From positions 1-34,252 of the forward strand of contig JALUTT010000100.1 of NCBI GenBank assembly GCA_027021705.1: a stretch of DNA of 34,252 nucleotides, given 5' to 3'. Below are positions 17,151 to 26,570 of this stretch, piece after piece (positions within the stretch are counted from its first letter, which is position 1; each line of letters starts with the position of its first letter). This DNA comes from Anaerolineae bacterium (lineage in GTDB: Bacteria; Chloroflexota; Anaerolineae; S140-20). The position numbers and the translations under genes were made by a program. The notes below the pieces were generated by a model, which saw only the letters and a program-made list of their open reading frames with translations, had not been told where the DNA came from and searched no databases.

Positions 17151-17885
17151 ATGTCCTTGCATCCCACGTCCTTCCACGAACTGGTGGAGTCCCGGCGCTC
17201 GGTGCGCCGCTACCGGCCCGACCCCATCCCGCCCGAGACCCTAGACGCGATGCTCAGGGCAGCCCAGCGGGCCCCCACCGGCGCCGCGCTCCAACTCTAC
17301 AGCTTCGTGCGCATCACCGACCCCGACCTGCGGGACCGGATCGCCACGCTGGCGGGGGATCAGCGACACGTCCGGGAGGCTCCCGAGTTCTTCGTCATCT
17401 GCGCCGACACCCACCGGATCGAGCGGCTGCTCGCCCACCGGGGCAGTGAGTCCGGCATCGGTCCGACGATGGCCCTCTTCTACGGGCTCATTGACGCGAC
17501 GCTGGCCGCCGCCTACCTCGCCCTGGCCGCCGAGGCGATGGGCTACGGCACCTGCTTCATCGGGGGCATCCAGAACCACCTGGACGAGGTGGCCCGGCTG
17601 CTGAGGTTGCCCCGCCGCGTCATCCCCCTGGTGGGGCTCTGCATCGGCCGGCCGGCCGAGGAACCGCCGAGGAAGCCCCGCCTCCCCCTGGCGACCATCC
17701 TCCACGAGAACGGCTACCAGGAGCCGACGCCGGCGCTGCTGGAGGAGAGCTACCGGGTGATGGCCGCCGCCACCCGTTCCGGCGACTGGCACAACGTGCT
17801 GCGCAAGTACGGCGCGTCTGGCGGCGTGATGGAGCGCCGGGAGGCCGTCCTCCATCGCGCCCTGATCCAACAGGGGTTCCGATGA
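17151..17885 (+). CDS. Nitroreductase / NADPH-flavin oxidoreductase (NfsA/NfrA-like)
   Basis: RRSVRRY, AQRAPT...LQLYS, GYGTCFIGGIQN, KPRLP; RBS AAGGAGG. Confidence 0.88.
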   Translation: MSLHPTSFHELVESRRSVRRYRPDPIPPETLDAMLRAAQRAPTGAALQLYSFVRITDPDLRDRIATLAGDQRHVREAPEFFVICADTHRIERLLAHRGSESGIGPTMALFYGLIDATLAAAYLALAAEAMGYGTCFIGGIQNHLDEVARLLRLPRRVIPLVGLCIGRPAEEPPRKPRLPLATILHENGYQEPTPALLEESYRVMAAATRSGDWHNVLRKYGASGGVMERREAVLHRALIQQGFR

Positions 17886-19276
17886 GCGAGCAATCTCCCT
17901 TCCGCCAACTGCCCAGCGTAGATCGGCTGCTGCAGGCTCCCGCCGTCCGGCCTCTCCTCGTCGAACACGGGCGGGTGCGCATCGTCGAGGCGATCCGACA
18001 GGTGCTGGACCAGGCCCGCGAGGCGATCCGAGCCGGGCAGCCACCCCCCTCCCAGGAGGCCCTCCTGGCCACCCTGGAGGAGCGACTGAGCCGAGAATCG
18101 CTGCGCTGGCTCCAACCCGTCATCAACGCCACCGGCGTCATCATCCACACCAACCTGGGTCGGGCTCCCCTGAGCCCGGCGGCCCGCCAGGCCATCGCCG
18201 CCGTCGCCCAGGGCTACAGCAACCTGGAGTACGACCTGGTGGCCGGCCGGCGCGGGGGCCGGGGCTACGGCGTCGAGCGGCTGCTGACCCAGATCACCGG
18301 GGCCGAGGCCGCCCTCGCCGTCAACAACAACGCCTCGGCCGTCCTCCTGGCGTTGACCGTCCTGGCCGCCGGCCGGGCCGTCGTCATCTCCCGAGGGCAA
18401 CTGGTCGAGATCGGCGGGCGCTTCCGCATCCCCGACGTGATGGCCCAGAGCGGAGCCCGGCTGGTCGAGGTGGGCACGACCAACCGGACCCATCTGGACG
18501 ACTACCGGCGGGCGCTGGAGGTCCATGAGGACGTGGCCCTGCTCCTGCGGGCTCACCGCTCCAACTTCCGCATCATCGGCTTCACCACCGAGCCCCCCCT
18601 GGAGGCGCTGGCCCGGCTGGCTCACGAGCGGGGGCTCTGGCTGATGGACGACCTGGGGAGCGGGGCGCTGCTGGAGACGGAGCGGTTTGGCCTGGCCCAC
18701 GAGCCGACGGTCCAGGAGAGCATCGCCGCCGGCGCCGACATCGTCTGCTTCAGCGGTGACAAGCTGCTGGGCGGCCCCCAGGCCGGCCTCATCGTGGGGC
18801 GCAAGCCGCTCCTCGACCGCATCCGCCGCCACCCGCTGGCCCGGGCGGTGCGGATGGACAAGATCGCCCTGGCCGGCCTCCAGGCGACGCTGGAGCACTA
18901 CCTGCGGGGGGAGGCGGTGGAGCAGGTCCCCGTCTGGCGGATGATCGCCACCCCGGCCGATGAGGTCCGACGGCGGGCCCAGCGGTGGGTGCGGCGGCTC
19001 CGTCGGGCCGGCCTCCCCGTGCAGGTCATCGCCGGCTGCTCTACCGTGGGGGGAGGGAGCTTGCCGGGGGAGACGCTGCCCACCTGGCTGGTTGCCCTGG
19101 CCCTTCCCTCGCCCGATGCCGTGGCCGCACGGCTGCGCCGCCACCATCCCCCCATCATCGCCCGCATCGAAGAGGAACGGCTGGTCCTCGACCCCCGCAC
19201 CGTCCTGCCGGAGCAAGAGCGGACCCTGCTGGAGGGGATGGTCGAGGCAGCTACGGGTGAGAGGATGAGGGGTTAG
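17882..19276 (+). CDS. selA: L-seryl-tRNA(Sec) selenium transferase
   Basis: FRQLPSVD, VINATGVIIHTNLGRAPL, VNNNA, SRGQLVEIGGRFRIPDVM, EVGTTNRT, DLGSG, FSGDKLLGGPQAG (PLP lysine); ATGA overlap with the nitroreductase stop. Confidence 0.96.
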   Translation: MSEQSPFRQLPSVDRLLQAPAVRPLLVEHGRVRIVEAIRQVLDQAREAIRAGQPPPSQEALLATLEERLSRESLRWLQPVINATGVIIHTNLGRAPLSPAARQAIAAVAQGYSNLEYDLVAGRRGGRGYGVERLLTQITGAEAALAVNNNASAVLLALTVLAAGRAVVISRGQLVEIGGRFRIPDVMAQSGARLVEVGTTNRTHLDDYRRALEVHEDVALLLRAHRSNFRIIGFTTEPPLEALARLAHERGLWLMDDLGSGALLETERFGLAHEPTVQESIAAGADIVCFSGDKLLGGPQAGLIVGRKPLLDRIRRHPLARAVRMDKIALAGLQATLEHYLRGEAVEQVPVWRMIATPADEVRRRAQRWVRRLRRAGLPVQVIAGCSTVGGGSLPGETLPTWLVALALPSPDAVAARLRRHHPPIIARIEEERLVLDPRTVLPEQERTLLEGMVEAATGERMRG

Positions 19277-19395
19277 GACAACGACCGCCCTACGTTGAGC
19301 AGTCCCTATCCCCTCCGGGGTCCCTTGCTGTATCCCTTGCAAGGCTTGAGATACGAGCCTTCCCTATCCTCACGCCCGAAGAAGGCCAGCACCCT

Positions 19396-20922
19396 ATGGG
19401 AGACCACCCGACGAACCACGCAACACACAACACGCAACGCGCAGCACACCCCGCGTCCCTCCTCGCTCACATCCGCCGCACCATCGAGCGCTACGACCTG
19501 CTGCGCCCCGGCGACCGGGTCGTCGTCGGCGTCTCCGGGGGGCCGGATTCCCTCTGCCTGCTCCACCTGCTGGTGCAGTTGCGGGAGCCCTACCGCCTCG
19601 CCCTCCACGTCGCCCACCTGAACCACCGGCTGCGCGGGGCGGAGGCCAAAGCCGATGCTGCCTTCGTGGCCCGCCTGGCCGCCGACTGGGGGCTGCCCTG
19701 CACCGTGGAGGCGGTGGATGTGGCTGCCCACGCCCAGGCCCGCCGCCTCTCCGTCGAGGAGGCTGCCCGTCAGGCCCGCTACACCTTCCTGGCCCGGGTG
19801 GCCCATCGGATCGGGGCCACGACCATCGCCGTGGGCCACAACGCCGACGATCAGACGGAGACGGTGCTGATGCACTTCCTGCGCGGCTCCGGGCTGGCCG
19901 GTCTGCGGGGGATGCTCCCCAAGACCCCTCTGGGCGAGATGCGGCTGGGCGCGCCCCTCCCCGCGCCGGACCTGGTGCTCATCCGCCCCCTGCTGGAGGT
20001 GCCCCGCGCCGCCATCGAAGCCTACTGCGCCGCCCACGGGCTGGAGCCCCGCTTCGACCGCTCCAACCTGGACACCACCTACTTCCGCAACCGGCTGCGC
20101 CACGAACTCCTCCCGCTGCTGGAGCAGTACAACCCCCGCATCCGAGAGGTGCTGCGCCGCACCGCCTCGGTGATCGCCGCCGACTACCAGGTGCTGGAGG
20201 CAGTGCGAGAGGCGGCCTGGCGACGGGTCGTGCGTCAGGAGACGGACGAGGCGGTGCAGTTCGACCGGGCCGGCTGGCAGGCGCTTCCCCTCGCCCTCCA
20301 GCGGGCCACCCTCCGCCAGGCGATCCACTGGCTGCGCCGGGCGCTGCGCAACATTGACTTCGTCCACATCGAGAACGCCATCGCCGTGGCCCTCCAAGGG
20401 GAGGTGGGTGCCCAGGCCACCCTCCCCCAGGGGCTGATGCTCACGGTAGAGCCGGAGACGCTGCTGGTGGCCGACGCCGACTACCGCCCACCGCCCCCCG
20501 ACTGGCCGCTGCTCTGGCGGGAGGAGCCACTGCCCGTCGCCCTCCCCGGCGAGACGCCGCTGCCGGAGAGCGACTGGCTCCTGGAGGCGACCTGGCTGGA
20601 GGCGTGGGATGAGGCCGTCTTCCACAACCCGGACCGCTGGACCGCCTACGTGGCCGGCGAGGCGATCACCGGCTCTCTCTTCCTGCGGCGCCGGCGGCCC
20701 GGCGACCGCTTCTGTCCCCTGGGGATGGGGGGGCACCGGGTCGCCCTCGCCGACTTCCTCACCAACGCGAAGGTCCCGCGCCGCTGGCGGGACCTCCTGC
20801 CGCTGCTGGTGGTGGGAGAGCAGATCCTATGGGTGGCCGGCTGGCGGCTGGACGAGCGAGCCCGCGTCACGCCGACCACGCGCCGGGTGCTCCGCCTCCG
20901 CTTTCGCAAGCGCAGCCGGTAG
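19396..20922 (+). CDS. tilS: tRNA(Ile)-lysidine synthetase
   Basis: GVSGGPDS PP-loop, HLNHRLR, EEAARQARY, HNADDQTET, RPLL, DRSN...RNRLR and a C-terminal TilS_C domain. Confidence 0.95.
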   Translation: MGDHPTNHATHNTQRAAHPASLLAHIRRTIERYDLLRPGDRVVVGVSGGPDSLCLLHLLVQLREPYRLALHVAHLNHRLRGAEAKADAAFVARLAADWGLPCTVEAVDVAAHAQARRLSVEEAARQARYTFLARVAHRIGATTIAVGHNADDQTETVLMHFLRGSGLAGLRGMLPKTPLGEMRLGAPLPAPDLVLIRPLLEVPRAAIEAYCAAHGLEPRFDRSNLDTTYFRNRLRHELLPLLEQYNPRIREVLRRTASVIAADYQVLEAVREAAWRRVVRQETDEAVQFDRAGWQALPLALQRATLRQAIHWLRRALRNIDFVHIENAIAVALQGEVGAQATLPQGLMLTVEPETLLVADADYRPPPPDWPLLWREEPLPVALPGETPLPESDWLLEATWLEAWDEAVFHNPDRWTAYVAGEAITGSLFLRRRRPGDRFCPLGMGGHRVALADFLTNAKVPRRWRDLLPLLVVGEQILWVAGWRLDERARVTPTTRRVLRLRFRKRSR

Positions 20923-20982
20923 CTTGCCGGGGCGATCCAGCCGCTCCGGCAGCCCTCCGATGGGGGCTTCGACGGAGATAAA

Positions 20983-21076
20983 GAGGACCAAGGACTGAGG
21001 ACCGAGGATCGAGGACCGAGGACCACTTGACCACTCGATCACCCGACCAAGCGACCACCCGACCACCCTACCAACT
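20983..21076. repeat. Adjacent heptamer (GAGGACC x6) and octamer (GACCACYY x7) tandem repeats
   Basis: Directly visible at 20983-21024 and 21021-21076. Confidence 0.85.
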
Positions 21077-21090
21077 ATGGAGCAAAGCCG

Positions 21091-21426
21091 ATGACCCAAC
21101 GACCTTCCCCTTCGTCCAAACCCCGGCAGGTCAAGATCGAGGTGCCCCCCGACCTGGAGGGCACCTACGCCAACTTCGTGATGATCGCCCACTCTCCCTC
21201 GGAGATCGTCCTAGACTTCGCCCGGGTGATGCCCGGCCTCCCCAAGGCGCGGGTGCACACCCGCATCATTATGACGCCGCTGAACGCCAAGCTCCTGCTG
21301 CGGGCCCTGAACGAGAACCTGGCCCGCTACGAGGCCCAGTTCGGCGAGATCTACATCCCCGAGGCCGGAGCTGCCCTCGCCGACCAGCTCTTCAACTTCC
21401 CCCCCACGCCGCCGGAGGGTTCGTGA
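21091..21426 (+). CDS. DUF3467 family protein
   Basis: GTYANFVMIAHSPSEIVLDFAR.MPG.PKARV..RIIMTP.NAK.L...L.ENL.RYE.QFGEI. Confidence 0.88.
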   Translation: MTQRPSPSSKPRQVKIEVPPDLEGTYANFVMIAHSPSEIVLDFARVMPGLPKARVHTRIIMTPLNAKLLLRALNENLARYEAQFGEIYIPEAGAALADQLFNFPPTPPEGS

Positions 21427-21448
21427 GGGCGGGGTCCCCTAGGCCGGG

Positions 21449-22267
21449 CTATCTCATCACCAGGGGTAGGTAGACCGGAGCGGCGGGAAAACCTTCGGAG
21501 GAGAAGGTAGCGTTGCCCTGGAGGGTGCCGTGGTGACCGCCCACGGCGTCCTGGGCGTCGCCGTCGAAGTGCCAGACGGCCACCAGGCCGGGCTGCGTCC
21601 CGCTGATGGCCCGGTACATATCCGCCCGGATCTCCGCCTGGGTGCGCACCACGTTCCAGATGCGCACCTCGTCAATCAACCCCTGGAAGCCACACAGCGT
21701 CGCGTCCGTGCAGCCACCGTGCCGGTCGCCCCCGATGCCCAACACCGCTCCTCCGGGAGCCCCCGTGATCGGTCCGTTGTTCGCCGTCGTCTCCAGGTCC
21801 AGTTGACCGTTGACGTAGTAGCGGCGGGTGGTGCCATCGTAGGTCACCGCGATGTGGGTCCACTGGCCGGGGAGGATGTTGGTGCTGCCGTCCACCCGCT
21901 GGTAGCCCGTGTGGTAGAAGCGGATGGGGCCGTTGCAGAACCCCAGCCAGTAGGACTCCCGCCAGCCGTTGCCCACGACGGTCTCACAGCGGGAGGCCGT
22001 CCGCTTCACCCAAGCTTCGATGGTGATGGCGGAGAGGGTATTCAGGTCGCTGGCGTAGGGGACCTCCACGTAGTCCCCATCGCCGTCCAAGAGCAGAGAG
22101 CGCTTCGCCGCGCCCACGCCGGCAGGGGCATCCGCCCCCGCCGGCGCGGAGGAATAGACCCCATAGGCCAGGGGGAAGAGCAACACCAGGACGAGTACCA
22201 ACCCCAAGCGGCGCAGCGGATGCTTCCTTGACCTCACCTCACCGTATGACGATCGGTAGGTAGACAT
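21449..22267 (-). CDS. Secreted LamG/concanavalin-like domain protein with a C-terminal VYLPLVMR motif
   Basis: Signal peptide, LDGDGDYV, ITIEAWVK, WTHIAVTYDG, FQGLIDEVRIWN, LVAVWHFD. Start uncertain; GTG at 22237 is plausible. Confidence 0.88.
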   Translation of the reverse strand: MSTYRSSYGEVRSRKHPLRRLGLVLVLVLLFPLAYGVYSSAPAGADAPAGVGAAKRSLLLDGDGDYVEVPYASDLNTLSAITIEAWVKRTASRCETVVGNGWRESYWLGFCNGPIRFYHTGYQRVDGSTNILPGQWTHIAVTYDGTTRRYYVNGQLDLETTANNGPITGAPGGAVLGIGGDRHGGCTDATLCGFQGLIDEVRIWNVVRTQAEIRADMYRAISGTQPGLVAVWHFDGDAQDAVGGHHGTLQGNATFSSEGFPAAPVYLPLVMR

Positions 22268-25200
22268 CTCGTATGACCTCTAATGGCGTGTAGGTCACCG
22301 TGTAGCTTGCGTCTGCCCCCTCGACGACCAGTACGTAGAGGCCGGCGTCGAGTTGGGGGATGCTCAGGCTCTTCGTCTTCGTGCTCTGCCGGAGGCCGGT
22401 GCCGGCGAAGCCGGGCGGGAAGTCCCCCCCTATCCCTTTGGCCGTTCCCGGCACCACCCCCGCCGTCCCGATGAGGGTCTGATCCCTACTGTAGAGCTTG
22501 TAGGAGAGGTCAACGTCCGACCGGAACGAGAGGTTGAGATCGCCGCCCGGCCAGTCGAACAGGAACGGTTCGGGACAGCCGGGTCCGTCGGCCAGGCAGC
22601 GCGGCTTTGAAGGATCCAGCGGATGGGTCGCTTCGATCTCGACAGGGTTGCCCGACCTTTGGGGGCAGAAGGGGAAGTCGGCCGGCCTCCCGAAGGGGCC
22701 GGGGAGAGGGAGCGGCCCGGTACACGGCAGGCGAGGCGGGCGTCCGGTGCCCGGTTCCCCCACCCACGTGGGGAGATCACGGTTGATCTCAACGCGGTAT
22801 TCGATCTTGAGCCGATAGCGTCCCATCTCCAGCGCCCCTCGGGGGTCGGACCCGGCACGCTCCCCAAAGGAGAAGATCAAGTCGCTGATCCCGTGCCGGG
22901 AGCGGGGGCAGTCAATCACGACCCGGAAGGGCCCTTCTCGACGGATGATGCTTTCGTCGCGCTCTGGATGGCCGTCCCCATCCAGGTCACGGTAGACATA
23001 CAGGCGTTCGGAAGTTGAGATAGACGTCCGGTCGCCACGGAGTCGGTCGAGGGGCTGGACTTCGATGATGAGCGCCCCGCCCATGCTCACATCAATGGTG
23101 TTCGAGGTGCCGCCCAGACCCAGTTCCTCCCGCTGGGTGAGGCCGCACTCCTGAAGGGGTTCTGGGTCCGGTGGCCTGTGGGGAGGGGTGCTGGGCCGGA
23201 TGTCGTCGTGACCACCGTCGGCCGGGTCGCTCGGATCGGGGAGCGGTGGAATCTGGAAGAAGTCCCGGTCTGAGGGGGAGTGAAGGCTGAGGTTCGGGAC
23301 GACGAGGCTCCACCGTTCCACAGCGCTGCGCACGCGGGCATCCGAGCCGTTCTCGAAGACCGTGCTGCAATCGCCGGTGCCGAAGATTCGACGCAACTCC
23401 GGCGTGCATTCCCCGAAGTGATGGTGCTCCCATGGACCGGAGATCCTGTAGGGGGCGCTCACGGAAGTACCGCCGCCGGCTTCTGTAACGTCTCGGTCAG
23501 GCGGACGAACGAGTTTGACGACCAGCGTTGTCCCGTTGTAGCAGGTGTCGTTGAGGCCTCCGGGGGTGTCGGCTGTGATGGAGAGGTAGTAGTTGCGGTT
23601 GGAATCCACGGCCGTCTCGGCAAACCACCCGTGGACGTCGGGATCCACGATCGGGGTGAGGGGGATGGTCAGAGGGATGGATGCCGTGACGGTGGTGTAG
23701 AGGGTGGCCGTCAGGTTGTCGGTGGCGAAGGGGACGGTCAACTCCACCCGTGCCCATCCCGAACCGGAAACACGGAATTTGAACCAGTCCACGTCCGTGG
23801 GGGAACTGCTGCCGTTCAGCGCGTGGATAGCGCCGTCCTGGGTCACGGTCACCCTGACAAGGTTGCTGTCCCCTGTCGGCAGGGGCAAGGTCCCCAAGTC
23901 TGTGGCCGATGCTTGGGTGTCATTGCTGCCGATCGCCGCTTCCTCCCATCCCGTGCAGACAACGGAAGGGAGGTTGGCCGCTTCCTGCACGGCGGCCAGC
24001 ACGTCCACAAAGCCCACACAACCGCTTCCGTCGGGTTTGTTGACACAGCTGCCAGAGGCAGGGCTGGTCAGCGGCCGGCTGGTGTTTTTGAGGATTTCCT
24101 CCACCGCGCTGCGCTGTAGCGAGGCGTTTGCGCTTTTCATCATCGCCACCACCCCCGTGACGAAGGGGGCTGCTGCACTGGTGCCTCCGAACGAGGTGAC
24201 GCCACCCGATCCCGGTACGGGCATCGTCTTCAGCCGCGTGCCCGGCGCCCAGATGTCAATGCCCGAGCCGACGGGGTTGATACTCATCGGTGCCTTGGTG
24301 TCGGAGAGAGCGCCGACGCAGAGAACGCCGTCGTAAGCGCACGGGTAGAACTCATCGTCCAACGCATCGAACGGCCCCACTTCCCCAATGACCGGGAGCA
24401 CGACGTTTTCAGGGCCGGAAGCGATCACCTGTCGGTTGGGATCGGCAAGCGCTCTGTTCACGGCCGCGTGGAGGGCGTCCTCGTCGGCCACGCCGGAGAG
24501 CGCGAAGAAGACTGCCAGGGCGTCGCACGACACTTGGGAGAGCAGGGGGGTGATGAAGGATGGAAGCAGGATGCTCAGAACGGCCGCGCCTACCTCACAG
24601 GCAGCGAGAACCGCGATGCGGGTCTCCGCCTTGCAGATGTCAATGTCGAGGAAGGGCTCGCAGGCGAAGCCATTGCTCACGTTGATGAGGGTGGCGCCGT
24701 CGTCGGTGGCCTTGTTGATAGCTCGCGCGGCGTTGGTCATGTAGGGCAGGCCGATCTTGTAGAACATCGGGTTGATGAGGCCGCTGGTCCCGTCCTGCCC
24801 GGTGGTCGGGTTCCTGGCGTGTCCGGCGACTCCGATAGCACCTGCTCCGTTGTTGGCCACAGCCCCTGCCACGCTGAAGGCCAGGGTGCCGTGCCAGTCG
24901 CAGGCGAGCCCCCCGCCACCGGCACAGAACCCTCCGATGGGAAACGAACCGCCGGCGGAGCCGCTGCAGCTCGAGTTGGTACAATCGCCCTGGGGGATGC
25001 CGGCGAAATCGCTCACGCCGAAGTCCGGGTGAGGCGTGGGAGAGCCAAAGTCCGCAGGGCTGGCAAAGCCGCCGTCCACGAAGGCGACGTTCACAACCCG
25101 CTCCGGGTTACGGTCAATCAGGTCCAGATACGTGATTGCCCGTCCTAAGCCCACATCGGCATCTTGGAACCAGAATTCCGACAAGCCGTCGTCGCCGCCG

Positions 25201-26240
25201 GAGCCATCGCCATTCAGATCGCCTTCGGCGGTGCGCGGCGGTCCCAGCGCCCACACGACGGGGTTGTGCATCACGAACCGGCCGGCGACCTGCTCTTCGA
25301 GCATAATGCCCATCAGCCGGGCTGCGTTCTCGGACGAGAAGATGTACTTCCCCTGCGCACCGAACAACTCGGCCAGGTAGGCGAAGTCGTTCAAATCGCC
25401 CTGGGCCGGATTGATCCGCACCAAGGCGTAGTACTTGGTCTGGCTGCCACTTTGAGTCTTCTCCGTAACGGTCACTTCCTCGACCAGAGTCCCGCCCCGT
25501 TCCTGCAAGAAGGCATCCCGTTCCTGGGGATCCGTGTAGTGGTAGAGCAGTTGATCCTCCCCGAAGAAGACGGGCACCTTGTCGGGGTTCACCACCACGG
25601 CCAGGGGGCGGTTGGGTTCGTTCTGAGAACTGCCCGGCGTGCTGGTCATGTTCTGCGGAAGAATGTCGGGATTGATCTCGATCTGGAATTTGCCCTTGGG
25701 CTGCCCGCCCGAGATGAGCGCCAGGTCCAGGCTGATGTCGAACGTGTCCAGGAATTCCTGGGACGTCTGGGCGGTTTGAGGGTTGTCGGGGTCCTGGTAG
25801 GTGGCCGCGATGATGTCACCGGGGTTTACCTGGAGCGTTCCATCACCTTTGTTGGCGCTTCCCCCTGCGAGAGGGACGCACGTCGAGGTGAACACCCCTG
25901 TGCTGTATCCGGTTTCGGTCAGGACGATCTCCTCCTGGTCGCCCGTTGCCGCTCCCGCCGGGTAGGCGTCCAGCACGTCAACGCGGATGGTGTCCGGTTT
26001 CTGCGGGTCCACATCCTGATCCGCATCGGTGACGGTCACGACGAAGCAGTCGTTCGTCGGCATGTACTTCGCCCGGTCGAGCCGAAGCTGGGAGTCGGTG
26101 GCCGTGCCGGAGGTAGACGCTCGAGGGATTGCCGGCTCGATGGAGAGGGCCAAGTTCTCCGATGGCGATATCGGGAACAGAGGAACCAGGAGGATAACCG
26201 AGAGGAGCACCACGGATAGCCTTCCCTTAACAGTACGCAT
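22239..26240 (-). CDS. Large secreted S8 (subtilase) peptidase with accessory domains and a C-terminal VYLPIVIR motif
   Basis: Signal peptide; triad VAFVDGGF / WHGTL / FGGTSAAAPFVTG; IDIWAPG; PPC-like DVDWFKF and DRDFFQI repeats; RBS GGAGG. Confidence 0.88.
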   Translation of the reverse strand: MRTVKGRLSVVLLSVILLVPLFPISPSENLALSIEPAIPRASTSGTATDSQLRLDRAKYMPTNDCFVVTVTDADQDVDPQKPDTIRVDVLDAYPAGAATGDQEEIVLTETGYSTGVFTSTCVPLAGGSANKGDGTLQVNPGDIIAATYQDPDNPQTAQTSQEFLDTFDISLDLALISGGQPKGKFQIEINPDILPQNMTSTPGSSQNEPNRPLAVVVNPDKVPVFFGEDQLLYHYTDPQERDAFLQERGGTLVEEVTVTEKTQSGSQTKYYALVRINPAQGDLNDFAYLAELFGAQGKYIFSSENAARLMGIMLEEQVAGRFVMHNPVVWALGPPRTAEGDLNGDGSGGDDGLSEFWFQDADVGLGRAITYLDLIDRNPERVVNVAFVDGGFASPADFGSPTPHPDFGVSDFAGIPQGDCTNSSCSGSAGGSFPIGGFCAGGGGLACDWHGTLAFSVAGAVANNGAGAIGVAGHARNPTTGQDGTSGLINPMFYKIGLPYMTNAARAINKATDDGATLINVSNGFACEPFLDIDICKAETRIAVLAACEVGAAVLSILLPSFITPLLSQVSCDALAVFFALSGVADEDALHAAVNRALADPNRQVIASGPENVVLPVIGEVGPFDALDDEFYPCAYDGVLCVGALSDTKAPMSINPVGSGIDIWAPGTRLKTMPVPGSGGVTSFGGTSAAAPFVTGVVAMMKSANASLQRSAVEEILKNTSRPLTSPASGSCVNKPDGSGCVGFVDVLAAVQEAANLPSVVCTGWEEAAIGSNDTQASATDLGTLPLPTGDSNLVRVTVTQDGAIHALNGSSSPTDVDWFKFRVSGSGWARVELTVPFATDNLTATLYTTVTASIPLTIPLTPIVDPDVHGWFAETAVDSNRNYYLSITADTPGGLNDTCYNGTTLVVKLVRPPDRDVTEAGGGTSVSAPYRISGPWEHHHFGECTPELRRIFGTGDCSTVFENGSDARVRSAVERWSLVVPNLSLHSPSDRDFFQIPPLPDPSDPADGGHDDIRPSTPPHRPPDPEPLQECGLTQREELGLGGTSNTIDVSMGGALIIEVQPLDRLRGDRTSISTSERLYVYRDLDGDGHPERDESIIRREGPFRVVIDCPRSRHGISDLIFSFGERAGSDPRGALEMGRYRLKIEYRVEINRDLPTWVGEPGTGRPPRLPCTGPLPLPGPFGRPADFPFCPQRSGNPVEIEATHPLDPSKPRCLADGPGCPEPFLFDWPGGDLNLSFRSDVDLSYKLYSRDQTLIGTAGVVPGTAKGIGGDFPPGFAGTGLRQSTKTKSLSIPQLDAGLYVLVVEGADASYTVTYTPLEVIRDVYLPIVIR

Positions 26241-26413
26241 CGCAACCTCCCTCTGAGTTCAGACAGTACTTCGCGTGAACCGGCTCTTGGACACAACTCA
26301 GGGTAGGGGGGGTACTGTCTCGCCCTCACCGGGCGAGGGCGATTTGCCACGTCCACCCCCCCCCACCATCCATTGTACCCGGCGACCGTTTCCAAAACGT
26401 TGCCATCCCCACC

Positions 26414-26570
26414 GCGGTGATTACCCACAAGGGAGCGAGAGAGTGGTCCGTAGCAGGCCGTCCACGAATTCCTCACCAATGCACGAATGAGGCGGTCCTT
26501 AATTCGTGTATTCGTGCCCCATTCGTGGACGGCTCGTCTCCCTATCTCCATAGACATGGGTAATCACCGG
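26414..26570. mobile_element. 157-bp MITE with 13-bp perfect TIR and 9-bp TSD
   Basis: CGGTGATTACCCA (26415-26427) / TGGGTAATCACCG (26557-26569); direct repeat ATCCCCACC at 26405-26413 and 26571-26579; inner IR GCCGTCCACGAAT/ATTCGTGGACGGC. Confidence 0.8.

Noticed and set aside
14146..20736. Many alternative-frame Pro/Arg/Gly-rich ORFs over the GH, galK, selA and tilS genes
   Set aside because: Off-frame or antisense artefacts of GC-rich coding DNA.
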